Positions 1-9,593 are shown, counted from the stretch's first letter. The stretch is DNA of 64,000 nt from a virus (IMGVR_UViG_3300046003_007336:1-64000), one strand, 5' to 3'. Translations and numbers: made by a program. The notes: generated from the sequence alone by a model not told the origin.

Positions 1-1132
1 GCGCAGCATCCACGAGGGGGCCGCTCATGCCGCTACCACCGATGCCAGCAGCTACTTGGTTGAGAATCGAGTTCCGGTTGATGCCGTTCTGGGCAATACC
101 CGCGATAGCGGCCAGAGATCGGTTGCCAGTCAGCGAGTACGCGATCTCGGCGCCGTTGACACCACGACCGCTGATGAGACCGTTAGCCACGGCCCCGGCC
201 GCATTGCCGAAGTTGAAGTTTCCGAACGAACCCAAAACGCCGCCGATTCCCGAAGACGCTCCGCGCCCTCCAAGGCCCCCTAGGCTCCCAATACTTCCCA
301 GAGCACGCGAGACGCCAGAACCACCGAGGAACGAGCCCAGACCCCCTCCAAGCCCCCCGCTGGTGCCACCCGAAGGCGATACCTGAGCAAGGGGTTGGCC
401 TGGGGTGCCAGATACTTCGATGATGTCGCCATGCAGGCGCACATCAGCAAAGGCCTCCGCAAGCGCGGGGTCGGAATCGATGGCCTGGGGTGCGCCCCCG
501 TTGTCGTAGATCACCGCCTCATAGGCGAGAGTGACCTTGATCGACATGACGTTCATGTTCTCATAGTCAAGGTCTTCGGGGTCGAATGACGTGATCTTCG
601 GGTTCACGAGGTAAACGCGGGTGAACGCGTTTCGGAAGACCTGGAAAATCTCAATGGTGTTGAAGAAAAACTGCGAGTTGACGTCGAGTTCCTCGGGGAG
701 ATCGCGGGCTGGGGTATACCCGTAGCCAGTCTCAACCCCGAGCATAGAGGAATCAAACGAGACGACGTCATAGGCGTAGTTTTCCACCTTCTGGTTAAAA
801 TCCCCGAAGTGATAGCGGGAGTATTCATCCCACATTCTTGTGGCCATGCCATCGACCGTGTCATAGAACGTGACGTTCACCGGCTGGGTTTGGTAGCCAG
901 TGTAGATTTGTCTTTTGCGATTGTATTGATTGATTTCTTCGACCTTTGGCTGAATCTTCGGCTGGTCCATCGCCTTGACGAGGAAGCTGAGGTCTTTCTG
1001 CCAGTAGGATTCGCTCTGGACGCCATCGCCGCGCTTGAAGCGCACGAAGAACAGACCCTTCGGCCTCGGGGCTTGTGCGCCACCGAGGTCGAAAGTCGTC
1101 GCCGCCTGACGTCCGTTACGGATGAAGGTCAT
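1..1132 (-). CDS. Tail-tube-like baseplate/tube-initiator protein (T4 gp48/gp54-like) with Gly-rich C-terminal part; runs off the window start
   Basis: Not in the ORF track because it has no stop in the window. Hand translation from ATG 1132: MTFIRNGRQ...DLSFLVKAMDQPKIQPKVEEINQYNRKRQIYTGYQTQPVNVTFYDTVDG...NPKITSFDPEDLDYE...IKVTLAYE, a gp19/gp54-type tube pattern. Directly downstream of the tube gene. Confidence 0.7.
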   Translation of the reverse strand, partial: MTFIRNGRQAATTFDLGGAQAPRPKGLFFVRFKRGDGVQSESYWQKDLSFLVKAMDQPKIQPKVEEINQYNRKRQIYTGYQTQPVNVTFYDTVDGMATRMWDEYSRYHFGDFNQKVENYAYDVVSFDSSMLGVETGYGYTPARDLPEELDVNSQFFFNTIEIFQVFRNAFTRVYLVNPKITSFDPEDLDYENMNVMSIKVTLAYEAVIYDNGGAPQAIDSDPALAEAFADVRLHGDIIEVSGTPGQPLAQVSPSGGTSGGLGGGLGSFLGGSGVSRALGSIGSLGGLGGRGASSGIGGVLGSFGNFNFGNAAGAVANGLISGRGVNGAEIAYSLTGNRSLAAIAGIAQNGINRNSILNQVAAGIGGSGMSGPLVDAA

Positions 1133-1145
1133 AAGGGCGTTGCCC

Positions 1146-1730
1146 TTAGGTCATCAGCGGGCCGGTGCCGATTTGCGGGTTCAGCGGCATCAGGCCACCT
1201 TCCTGCGTCGCGTTGTCGTAGCGAATTGACAGCGTGATGGTCATCGGGTCAGCAGTCTGGTAGTCGAACGTGTCGTATTCCATGTTCTCAATCCAGCAGC
1301 CTTCGATGAACCACGTTTCCAGAACGGCATCGTCGCCACCATCCAGCGTTTCGATGAACATCTGGAACTTGTAGTTCGAGCCCGACAGAGCGGACGTCTG
1401 GGTGAAATGGTTGATCTGCTTCTGCTCCTGGTGGCCGCAGAGCTTCGACACCGAGTTGGTGACGTCATCACGGAGAACCAGGGAGATGGAGTTCCAGGTG
1501 TGCTTACCAGCGTAGTAAGCAACCGAGTTGTAGGAGTGAACCTCAACTGCGTTCTGAGCAATCGTGGGACGTCCGACAGTGTTGACCTGTTGAGACAGTT
1601 CGATGCCGCCAGCGACGGGACCGAAGTTGATCACGCGGACGCGGAACTTGTGCTTCGCTTTGGGTTGCAGAATGCCGCCACGGCCCTGACCACCACCGAG
1701 CGGCACACCGAAGTTCATAAGTGTAGCCAT
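1146..1730 (-). CDS. Tail tube protein (T4 gp19-like)
   Basis: 194 aa; GILQPKAKHKFRV, EVHSYNSVAYYAGKHTWNSISLVLRDD, ETWFIEGCWI...YDTFDY...ITLSIRYDNA. TAAATA late promoter upstream. Confidence 0.85.
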   Translation of the reverse strand: MATLMNFGVPLGGGQGRGGILQPKAKHKFRVRVINFGPVAGGIELSQQVNTVGRPTIAQNAVEVHSYNSVAYYAGKHTWNSISLVLRDDVTNSVSKLCGHQEQKQINHFTQTSALSGSNYKFQMFIETLDGGDDAVLETWFIEGCWIENMEYDTFDYQTADPMTITLSIRYDNATQEGGLMPLNPQIGTGPLMT

Positions 1731-1763
1731 GTAGTAAACCTCGCAAAAGAGAGTTGTTGCGAG

Positions 1764-1769
1764 TATTTA
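1764..1769 (-). promoter_or_regulatory. TAAATA late promoter of the tail tube gene
   Basis: Core of the T4 late consensus TATAAATA; the same hexamer recurs before most structural genes in the window. Confidence 0.7.
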
Positions 1770-1806
1770 TGATCATGACTTAAAGTCGTAGTTTTACGGC
1801 GTCAAA

Positions 1807-1812
1807 TAAATA
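1807..1812 (+). promoter_or_regulatory. TAAATA late promoter 5 nt before ATG 1818
   Basis: taaata-agtct-ATG. Confidence 0.65.
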
Positions 1813-1817
1813 AGTCT

Positions 1818-2294
1818 ATGAAATATGTAGATTTTCTCCTCACCGAAGCCGGTTTCGGCAATGGAACCTGGGGAGGAGCTTGGATTACCGTCGATGGTCA
1901 ATACCTTCCCTTGGTCAATACCGAGGATGAGGTCATGCACCACAAGCACATCCTGGAAGACTATTTCCCCGAACTCGACGACATGTTCTACGATCTATGG
2001 GATGAGGACGACGAGGTCTACGGTGAGGAAAGCGTCAACTACGCCATGGGCAAGGGCTGGCTCCGCGTCCGCACTCAGGGCATGGGAGAGAACGCCGAGT
2101 TCAACGTCCAGATGACAGTCAAGCCGAGTCGGGCCGCTCTCAAGACCCTTAAGGGTCATCTGGCAAACAACCACTACGGTTCCTATTTCTTCGACCACGA
2201 GACCGGCGAGGGCGGCGGCAACGCCAATGGCCTCCGCTGCGAAGAGCCCGAGGAACTCCTCCGGGCCATCAACCAGTTCTATTTCGCTGTGTAA
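1818..2294 (+). CDS. Hypothetical acidic late protein (possible virion protein)
   Basis: 158 aa ORF (MKYVDFLLTEA...) with late promoter and phage-like codon usage. Confidence 0.75.
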   Translation: MKYVDFLLTEAGFGNGTWGGAWITVDGQYLPLVNTEDEVMHHKHILEDYFPELDDMFYDLWDEDDEVYGEESVNYAMGKGWLRVRTQGMGENAEFNVQMTVKPSRAALKTLKGHLANNHYGSYFFDHETGEGGGNANGLRCEEPEELLRAINQFYFAV

Positions 2295-2298
2295 TTGC

Positions 2299-2326
2299 TT
2301 GACAAGTTTTCTCGGCCTGCTACTCT
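2299..2326 (+). promoter_or_regulatory. Host sigma70-type early promoter
   Basis: TTGACA-N14-GCTACTCT, resembling the Caulobacter RpoD consensus. Confidence 0.6.
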
Positions 2327-2355
2327 CTACTTCTCAGTAGGAACGGAGAAGAATC

Positions 2356-2697
2356 GTGGCCACCAATACGCAACGCTCGAAAGCCAGTCGGCGTGTCTGG
2401 GGCTGCCTCCGCGAAGTCGCCGGGCCCGATGAAGGGTTCGAGATGAAGAACGACCAACTCAACTATGAGGTCAACAAGTTCGGCATCAACGTCGAGCACG
2501 ACAGCCTCGGCCGCGCCGAAGAGATTCAGGATGGCACCATTGGCCTGCTGCGTCTTCAGGGTTGGGACGTCGAGAAATCGAAGACCGACGTCGTCCTCCT
2601 GGCGCCGAATGGCGTGCGGGTGTCGATGACCAAACCGTTCAGCCTCGACCAGTTCGGTCGTCCTGGCGGCGGCAAGTTCACCATTTCCGTGTCGTAA
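2356..2697 (+). CDS. Hypothetical protein
   Basis: 113 aa, GTG start after GGAGAAG. Confidence 0.7.
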   Translation: MATNTQRSKASRRVWGCLREVAGPDEGFEMKNDQLNYEVNKFGINVEHDSLGRAEEIQDGTIGLLRLQGWDVEKSKTDVVLLAPNGVRVSMTKPFSLDQFGRPGGGKFTISVS

Positions 2698-2700
2698 AGT

Positions 2701-2955
2701 GCGATGGCGTGCCACAGTGGGTGATGAACCCATCTGTGGTTCCAGAGAATCAAAGTCTCTGGGGGTCGGGCCGACCCACGCCACCGCTGCCCTGCCGGAT
2801 TTGTGAGTAAACTCTCACGCTCTCGTCGATCACCCGGATGCTAGCCGGATGATATCTTTATGCGTTCGCTTCCGCCTCCTAGTCACCCATCGACGAGCTT
2901 ATAGGTTCAGGGCCGAGGCCCTAGTCCGACGATTTTATGTATGCTCCCAGCATGC
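2701..2955 (-). ncRNA. Candidate structured ncRNA with a four-way junction
   Basis: Closing helix 2701-2711/2777-2787 encloses three hairpins; further helices 2803-2818, 2822-2830/2889-2897, 2909-2922. Two A-C mismatches on + are G-U pairs on -. Confidence 0.5.
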
Positions 2956-2961
2956 AGCAGT

Positions 2962-2992
2962 CAAACAAAAAGGGCCGGTTTCCCGGCCCTTT
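2962..2992 (-). terminator. Rho-independent terminator after the sheath gene
   Basis: aaagggccgg-tttc-ccggcccttt stem; T-tract on the - strand. Confidence 0.8.
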
Positions 2993-3014
2993 CTGCTCTC
3001 ACGAGAGACTTGGT

Positions 3015-5855
3015 TTAGAGAGTATCGCCCGAGTTGCGAATACGCACGGGGATGTAGATGAACTCGATGGCCTTCATTGGCTTGATCGCGATGTCAATCC
3101 AGAGTTCGTTGCGGTCACGACGCTCCGGGGTGTTGTTCGATTCATCGCAGACAACCGCGAAATCTTCGAGACCACGAAGTGCAACGAGACCAGTCAGGAA
3201 GCGTTCGACCGTGATGCGAGCGGCGTCGCGGGTCTGCGCGTCGTTCGGCTCATAGAGGAAGGCCTTGACCAGCTTGTCGAGGTTGAAGCGCAGGTAGTTG
3301 TCCAGACGGGCAACGTTGATGCGATCACGCGAGCTATCCAGCGAGTAAAGGGTCTTCTGTCCGAACGTGATCAGTCCACGGCCGGGCTCGGCATAGAACG
3401 GGTTGATCTTGTTCGTGTAGAGGACGTCGCGCTGACCCTGGTTGAGCAGGACCGAGCGGAACTCACCTTCGGCAGTCAGGAAGCCGACCGAGGTCGCACC
3501 ATCGACGACGCCGCGCTGGTAGCCAGCCGGTGCCATCCACGGGTAGGAGACTTGGTCGTTGTAGGCCATGACGCGCAGAGCGAGCGACGACGGCGGGACC
3601 ATGATTTCGGTTCCGTCGAGGTTGGTGCTCAGTCCCCACGGGTAGTAGAGGCCGACGTAAGGGTCGTTCGAGGTCAGGCCATCTTCGCCGTTCGACGCAG
3701 CGAGGTTGGTGTTCTTCGCCCAAGCATTGATCGCGGTTCCCGTGGGAGCCAGACGGGCCGGGGTGTCAGCAACGATGAACGAAACTTCGCGCTGGTCCTT
3801 GTTGAGGACGATCAGTTCGTCGATCAGTTCCGGGTAGCCCGGAGCAGCGATCAGGTTGAAGTAGGCGGCTTCCGAGCGGGCTTCTTCCGAGGCAGCAACC
3901 GCAGCAGCCATGGCACGGACGACCATGACGCGCTGAGCCTTGCGGCCCATGTAGGGAGAGCCGTCGAGACGGTTGCCCGAAACGGTGACCCAACGACCGG
4001 TGCTCGTAAGCGCGGGGAACTGGTATTCGTCATCACCGACGTCGTAGCCGACTTGGCTGTAGTTGGTGTTGGCGTCGTAGTTGCCTTCCGCGAAGTATTC
4101 GGGGTTCCACTCTTTGACGTTGTACGTCGAGAAGCGGGTGTTGAAGAGAAGCATATCAGCAGGATATGCGCGAGCGTCCGGGGCATCGGGGTCCAGGAAG
4201 TCCGACTTCAGCATGTCCGCCATGACTTCGGAGTTGTATTCGTAGTCATCCGCGTTCGGCATGCCGGTGAAGGCGGGGCCGGAATCCGCACGAGCATCAG
4301 CGAAGACGATGCCGAACGGCGTGGTCTGGTCGGCGTTGTTGACCAGTTTCCAACGCAGCGCAGTGGCGTCGTAGCGATAGATGCGCGGGTAGTTTTCCAG
4401 GTCTGACGAGTTAATCCACAGGTCATTGGCGACCAGCGGTGAACCATCGCTTTGCAGAAGCGGGGCCGAGCCGGAGATGATCGGACCAGCGGGGTCCGTG
4501 GTCGGGTAGGCGGTGCCGTAGGCGTGCCACTGCTGGCCGTCGCCGACCATGATGTCGGCACGGAAGTCAGAGGAGAACCACATGGTGCCAGCGGCAGGAG
4601 CCGATGACGGAGCAACCGCGCTACGCTGGTAGTCCAGAGCAGCCCACGCAGTGCCGGACCAACGACGAAGGCTGATCGCCCCCGTGGCGATGTCGAAGCC
4701 AGCGTAGATGGTTCCAGCAATCGGGCTACCCATGGCAGCGATAGCAGCCGTGTCAGCAGCCGGGTTGTTCGAGACTGCTTGGTTGTAGTCGAAAGCGTAG
4801 AAGGGAACGTCGAGGACGACCCACTGGCCAGTCGTTGCGTTGTAGCGACGGACCTTCCAGGCGGCACCACGGTTCGGGGCCGAGAGCTTGACCCAGACGT
4901 CGCCAGCGCGCGAGGCGGCCGGGTATTGCGGGGTGTTGGTGGTCTTGACTTCGATGGCCTTGACGGTTCCGACAGCGAGACCGAGAGCCGTAGCAACGGC
5001 ACCAGCGGTGATGGTGATCACGCCGCCAGCGTTGTTGGTCAGCAACAGGGCGCCTGCGCTGTCAGTTGCGGCGATGTTCGGAACGCTGGCCGAGGTGATC
5101 GCCGAGATGACGTTCGCCAGGGTGGTCGCGCCGGACAGGGTCGCGGTGACGCCGTTGATGACGAGCGTACCGTTCGACGGGATGGTCGGGTTCACGGAGC
5201 CACGGAGGGTGGTCTTGTGTGCAGCCTTCCAGCCGGTCGAGTTGATCTGATGCCAAGCACCGGCAACTTTTTCGTAGATGAAGTTCGTCACCGAAGGAAC
5301 GACAGCGAAATCGCCGTTCTCACCGAAGCCGGTGTCAGCCATGTTGGCTGAGGTCGCGACGACTACCGTCTGGGGTTCCCATGCGAGACCAGCCGAGGAG
5401 TTGCCGTTGGATTGGAAAACGCCCCACTCGGTTTCGGCAGTGTCGTGCCAGTGCGTACCCGAGATCGGGTCACCCTTCGGAGCAGAGTCCGAGGATTCGA
5501 GTTGAGCAAGATCGATGTCAGCGCGCATGATGTAGGCGCGGTTGCTGACGCCGTGGTAGGAATAGGCAGCGTGCAGGCCGTATTCGTTCAGTTCGTGGCC
5601 GTGCAGCGGGGTGCCGCCAGCCATCTTGAAGATCGGGGAGCCGAAGCTCTGGATGAGATCGCGCTGGCTGGTCGTGAGGACCAGTTTACCAGCCATATCG
5701 GGAACCGTATAAGGTGCAATCCCGGTTCCAGACGGTGAGGTCTTGTTAGAGGCGGTCGCGATGACGATGAGGGGAACAGTCCCCGCCCCTGCGCTACCGT
5801 AGAAGCTTTCGTCGATGATCTGAACATCCACGCCCGCTGAGACGAGTATTGCCAT
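3015..5855 (-). CDS. Contractile tail sheath protein (gp18-like, with large insertions)
   Basis: 946 aa; N-term LVSAGVDVQIIDESFY; C-term FNLIAAPGYPELIDEL, VPPSSLAL...PWMAPAGYQRG, KINPF...TFGQKT...DRINVARL, YEPND..TR, DESNNTPERRDRNELWIDIAIKPMKAIEFIYIP. Confidence 0.95.
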   Translation of the reverse strand: MAILVSAGVDVQIIDESFYGSAGAGTVPLIVIATASNKTSPSGTGIAPYTVPDMAGKLVLTTSQRDLIQSFGSPIFKMAGGTPLHGHELNEYGLHAAYSYHGVSNRAYIMRADIDLAQLESSDSAPKGDPISGTHWHDTAETEWGVFQSNGNSSAGLAWEPQTVVVATSANMADTGFGENGDFAVVPSVTNFIYEKVAGAWHQINSTGWKAAHKTTLRGSVNPTIPSNGTLVINGVTATLSGATTLANVISAITSASVPNIAATDSAGALLLTNNAGGVITITAGAVATALGLAVGTVKAIEVKTTNTPQYPAASRAGDVWVKLSAPNRGAAWKVRRYNATTGQWVVLDVPFYAFDYNQAVSNNPAADTAAIAAMGSPIAGTIYAGFDIATGAISLRRWSGTAWAALDYQRSAVAPSSAPAAGTMWFSSDFRADIMVGDGQQWHAYGTAYPTTDPAGPIISGSAPLLQSDGSPLVANDLWINSSDLENYPRIYRYDATALRWKLVNNADQTTPFGIVFADARADSGPAFTGMPNADDYEYNSEVMADMLKSDFLDPDAPDARAYPADMLLFNTRFSTYNVKEWNPEYFAEGNYDANTNYSQVGYDVGDDEYQFPALTSTGRWVTVSGNRLDGSPYMGRKAQRVMVVRAMAAAVAASEEARSEAAYFNLIAAPGYPELIDELIVLNKDQREVSFIVADTPARLAPTGTAINAWAKNTNLAASNGEDGLTSNDPYVGLYYPWGLSTNLDGTEIMVPPSSLALRVMAYNDQVSYPWMAPAGYQRGVVDGATSVGFLTAEGEFRSVLLNQGQRDVLYTNKINPFYAEPGRGLITFGQKTLYSLDSSRDRINVARLDNYLRFNLDKLVKAFLYEPNDAQTRDAARITVERFLTGLVALRGLEDFAVVCDESNNTPERRDRNELWIDIAIKPMKAIEFIYIPVRIRNSGDTL

Positions 5856-5889
5856 AGTTGGTTTCTCCTAGAAAAGGTCTTGGTGCCTT

Positions 5890-5895
5890 TATTTA
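5890..5895 (-). promoter_or_regulatory. TAAATA late promoter of the sheath gene
   Basis: cataaataaagg on the - strand, 34 nt before ATG. Confidence 0.7.
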
Positions 5896-5955
5896 TGACC
5901 AGGGTCCGAAACCTTGGTCATTTCAGGCACTGCTTTTCAGAGGAGCAGCGGTGGC

Positions 5956-6531
5956 CTATACTGAGGCTGGTGGGACGTATCCGAGCAAGTCTCGTATGGC
6001 TTTCTTGCCATCTAGGGTGAGTTCTCTGGAGCCAATCCCGGCCCAGACGCCAGTCGGCATCGGCGGTGGCTCATGTATTTCGGCCCACGCCTTAATCCAG
6101 ACGTTCCACCGGTTGGTCTGCTGATCGAAGACGAATGCGGGGCATTCCTCGCCCTCGTGGCGGTCGATGAACATCTGGACGGCCCAGGAAGTGCCGCCCG
6201 TCACCAAGCCGTTCTTGATCGAAGCGACAGCATAGACGGCGTCCGCCCACGCGACCTGATAGTAGTTCCGACGAAGCAGATTGGAGACGAAGTCAGATTT
6301 GACCGGCCAACGGCGGCCGAGGGTACGGTTGGCCACCTGGAGGAATGGGTCCGCTATAGCAAGCTGCTCCGGTGTGAGGACAACGACCTCATCGGCGGGT
6401 GCCAGACTACGATGCCCGGCAAAAGAAAAATGGCGGACAGCCTGTCCGGCCATCCCGGCGCACATGCCGAACTGCAAGTCTGCACCTTCGGCGCCGCCGC
6501 TCAGACAAATGTTTTCTATGTCGGCAATCAT
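5956..6531 (-). CDS. SLOG/YspA-like (DprA-related Rossmann) protein
   Basis: CLSGGAEGAD, LLRRNYYQV, GGTSWAV, AGIGSREL motifs. Start moved to ATG 6531, overlapping the upstream stop. Confidence 0.6.
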   Translation of the reverse strand: MIADIENICLSGGAEGADLQFGMCAGMAGQAVRHFSFAGHRSLAPADEVVVLTPEQLAIADPFLQVANRTLGRRWPVKSDFVSNLLRRNYYQVAWADAVYAVASIKNGLVTGGTSWAVQMFIDRHEGEECPAFVFDQQTNRWNVWIKAWAEIHEPPPMPTGVWAGIGSRELTLDGKKAIRDLLGYVPPASV

Positions 6532-6878
6532 GACCACGTCAGCGCGAACTCCAGAGCGTCTTTCTCGGCCACGAACGCGAATGGGCAAGGTTGCTCGCCC
6601 ACGCACAGAGAGCCGGGAAGCATGGGGCCGTTCAGGTCCAAGGGCTTTTGAAGTCCGACGCTGTAAACTTCCCCGACGAGTTTCTCCCTCATCCAGTCAT
6701 ACATTTCACCATAGCCGTTCCGGTCGAGCTTTCGGCATTCGACAAAGAATGCACCCATATCTTTCAGGTACTCTATGGCTTCTCGATGAGTCAGAAACTC
6801 ATCTCCAGATGATGGGAAGGCTTGGTAGAACGTCCCCAACTTCGTTTCTCGGCTGGCTGGAAGCATTCCATCTGTCAT
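6528..6878 (-). CDS. Hypothetical protein, D-A-x-x-F-x-L-x-W family
   Basis: ATG 6878 overlaps the dNMP kinase stop; ends AEKDALEFALTWS. Confidence 0.65.
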   Translation of the reverse strand: MTDGMLPASRETKLGTFYQAFPSSGDEFLTHREAIEYLKDMGAFFVECRKLDRNGYGEMYDWMREKLVGEVYSVGLQKPLDLNGPMLPGSLCVGEQPCPFAFVAEKDALEFALTWS

Positions 6879-7543
6879 TGCATGAGGTCCCGAACGGCAT
6901 CCTTGAGGTCTTCTTTGGTGCCGTCGTTGTTGATCACTCGGGTGATCGGATGTCCAATCCACGCCCATTCGCTTTCGTGGGCTTTGGCGTTCAGTGCCTT
7001 GACGCGGCGTTTGAGTTCCATGGCGGTCGGGTTGACGACTTTGCTCTCGAACGGAGAACGACGAATGGTCGTTACGGCCATGGCCTCGTCAAACCAATCG
7101 GGCTCGGGGCCCCGCTTGACCCGCACGGAGGTTCCGCCCATGCGGGTGACGAGATCGATTTCGTTGGGGAAACGTCCGTCGAGAACAACCACCTTGGCAT
7201 CCTGGCCCATGTTGAGGATGCGGCGTTCGACGTTGGTTATCCAGACGTCAGTGTTGAAATGCTGGCGCATCACGTCGGTGCCGAAATTGCGCATCGCCCA
7301 GCGAGGGGTCAGGTGCGGGATGTTGAGTTTCTCGGCCCACCACGGGTCCACCTGTTCCCGCCACTCCCGGCTCTCCGGCGTCACGCCCTCAAGGGCAGCG
7401 CGGTCCCAGCAAAAAATAGCAGCTACGCAGTCTTTGAGACAATCGGCGAAACTGATAGGAGTATAGCCGTAGTCTGCTACAAGCACGTCGCCGACCGTAT
7501 TCTTACCCGAACCCTGAAATCCAACAAGTATGATCTTATTCAT
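6875..7543 (-). CDS. Deoxynucleoside monophosphate kinase (T4 gp1-like)
   Basis: MNKIILVGFQGSGKNT P-loop, SFADCLKD, TPRWAMRNFGTDVMR, DGRFPNE, HESE. Confidence 0.9.
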   Translation of the reverse strand: MNKIILVGFQGSGKNTVGDVLVADYGYTPISFADCLKDCVAAIFCWDRAALEGVTPESREWREQVDPWWAEKLNIPHLTPRWAMRNFGTDVMRQHFNTDVWITNVERRILNMGQDAKVVVLDGRFPNEIDLVTRMGGTSVRVKRGPEPDWFDEAMAVTTIRRSPFESKVVNPTAMELKRRVKALNAKAHESEWAWIGHPITRVINNDGTKEDLKDAVRDLMQ

Positions 7544-7837
7544 GGACGCAGTATGGAGAAACCATACTGTCCGAGTCAAAATACATGTTGGGAAAAATGG
7601 GGAGGGTTTCCACCTCCCCGCTCACCGGCCGTCCGAGGACCGCCGAATGATCTGCTCGCCTAGCAGCAAGCCACCCCAGCACAAACAGGAGAACAATCCA
7701 GCCTAAGGCCGTCAGTTTGGAGGTTCGGGGGCCAACTTCCATGTGGAAATATGCCCGATTTAGTTCACCAACACAAGAGGTTTTTTCGTCATCATTGGGT
7801 GGGTCCTCTAGACAACCTCGTATTGACTAAATACTAG

Positions 7838-8404
7838 ATGAAAGAGAAAACTACTGATCTAACGGGGATGGACTTTGGTCTATGGAAAGTAGTTGGGTTC
7901 CACGGCTATGTAAATCGGAACGCTTACTGGAACTGTGTTTGCCGTTGTGGTCTTGAAAAAGAAGTGAAAGCCCAGTTCCTCAAAAGCGGTTCAAGCCGAA
8001 AATGCCAGACTTGTGCAAAAGAGCCGCGCGAATGGAAGTCGGTCCCTCCGTCCAGATGGTCGCGCATTCTCAGAAACGCTGAGAAAAGAAACATTCAGGT
8101 CGAGATTTCCGCCGACGAGGCGTGGGCGCAGTTCATTCTCCAGGAGAAAAATTGCGCCCTCTCTGGCCTACCACTAGAGCTTAATGGACGATCTAAGTGT
8201 TCCGCTTCTCTCGACCGTATAGACAGCACTCGCGGATACGCTCACGGCAATGTCCAGTGGGTTCACCGGGACATCAACATGATGAAGCATGTGTTTGACC
8301 AACAGCACTTCGTCGAAATGTGCCGTCTAGTTGCTATTCGTGATGATCAGCGTTCTGGAACGGCGGCAGTGTTTTCATGCGCGCGACAATCTCGTCCAGA
8401 TTAA
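7838..8404 (+). mobile_element. Free-standing HNH-type homing endonuclease
   Basis: WNCVCRCG Zn knuckle and CALSG...SLDRIDSTRGYAHGNVQWVHRDINMMK; own TAAATA at 7828-7833; inserted against local gene orientation. Confidence 0.8.
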
Positions 8405-8891
8405 CCGGCTTGAAATCCCAACAATCGACGCCGATGTCAAGCTGTTGGCTGTTTCCCGGCAGCGAGCCATGGGAGTGCCCATAAAGCTGGAGGGCGCCAT
8501 GATGGCTTCGGTTGAACACCGTCATTTTGTAGTGGCACAGAACCACATTGTATTTTGTTCCGTCTGAGGTTCGGTCCTTGATCTCCTTCAGGGGAGACGA
8601 GGACTTCCACATCGGGTGATTGCGGAGCCAGTCGGCGTCGTGGTTGCCCCAGATGAGATGCAGATTGCGGCAGTTGATCTGGTCGAGAAGCGGCATGATG
8701 CGCTCCTCCTTGGCGAACGTGATGTCACCGCCGAAATACAGGGTGTCGCCACGACCGACCCGCTCATTGATGTTGCGGATGATCGTCGCGTTCATCTCCT
8801 CGACGCCAGCCGGGCTCTTCTCGAAGGGACGCTTCGAGTACAGGATGACGTTCTCGTGGAAGAAGTGCGGGTCGCTGAGATAGAAGTTCAT
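8334..8891 (-). CDS. Calcineurin-like metallophosphoesterase
   Basis: SDPHFFH, GGDI, GNHD, LCHY, YGHSHG, DIGVD. Confidence 0.85.
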   Translation of the reverse strand: MNFYLSDPHFFHENVILYSKRPFEKSPAGVEEMNATIIRNINERVGRGDTLYFGGDITFAKEERIMPLLDQINCRNLHLIWGNHDADWLRNHPMWKSSSPLKEIKDRTSDGTKYNVVLCHYKMTVFNRSHHGALQLYGHSHGSLPGNSQQLDIGVDCWDFKPVNLDEIVARMKTLPPFQNADHHE

Positions 8892-9145
8892 CGGCCCACG
8901 ATCAGAGGTCGGGCGTCGGCGATGACCTCGGGGGTGCACTGGGCACCGGCCATGTTGCCGCTCGGGTAGGTTCCGGTGGCGACGTAAACCAGGAAGCAGT
9001 TCTTGTGCTCCGCGTCGTAGACGTAATAGGACGAGGCGCCGATTTCGGCGGCGCGGCCTGCCTTGCGTTCAGGGCTGTTGTTGTCACAGGAACCCAGAGC
9101 GGCGGCGGCTGCCATCAGGGCAGCGATATATATGATCTTTTTCAT
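8888..9145 (-). CDS. Small lipoprotein
   Basis: MKKIIYIAALMAAAAALGS-C signal peptide with lipobox. Confidence 0.7.
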   Translation of the reverse strand: MKKIIYIAALMAAAAALGSCDNNSPERKAGRAAEIGASSYYVYDAEHKNCFLVYVATGTYPSGNMAGAQCTPEVIADARPLIVGR

Positions 9146-9185
9146 GCCCGGCATTATGGACAACCATAATACTTTGGTCAACTAA

Positions 9186-9593
9186 TTATTTGAAGCGGGC
9201 GATCAGGCGTTCTGCATCGCGGTCTACGACGCTGTCGTGAAGGCGATCATATTTGGCATTTCCGGCATGGGCCTGAAGATCGGTGGTCGTTCCCACCGAT
9301 AGCTCTTCGATTTCGAACCGGCCGCCAATCATGGTGTCGAGGAAGCCCATTTCATCCAAGGGGCCACGGACGTCAAGATAGCGGCCATCGGGCATTTTGA
9401 CCCCAGCGTGGTCGATCAGGGAGAACGATGAGTCCGCTGCTCCGTAGGCCCGAACACCCACGATGGGCCAGCCGGTTTTCTCATGCAGGGCCAGGGCCAG
9501 ACGGAAGCAATGACCGTTCATGTAGAGGTCGCGGCGGCGGAACGGGATGTAGGATTCCAAGACCGGCTCGGCCATCATTTCATACAGGCGCAT
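9186..9593 (-). CDS. Hypothetical late protein with possible Cys-His-Asp triad
   Basis: MRLYE start; GHCFRLALALH...DHAGV...YLDVRG. Confidence 0.7.
   Translation of the reverse strand: MRLYEMMAEPVLESYIPFRRRDLYMNGHCFRLALALHEKTGWPIVGVRAYGAADSSFSLIDHAGVKMPDGRYLDVRGPLDEMGFLDTMIGGRFEIEELSVGTTTDLQAHAGNAKYDRLHDSVVDRDAERLIARFK

Noticed and set aside
2937-4406. 489-aa ORF on the + strand
   Set aside because: Antisense to the tail sheath.
6281-7663. 460-aa ORF on the + strand
   Set aside because: Spans three real - strand genes; Arg/Pro-rich non-protein-like sequence.
7536-7742. 68-aa ORF with one hydrophobic stretch
   Set aside because: No clear SD or motif; could be real but is not supportable.
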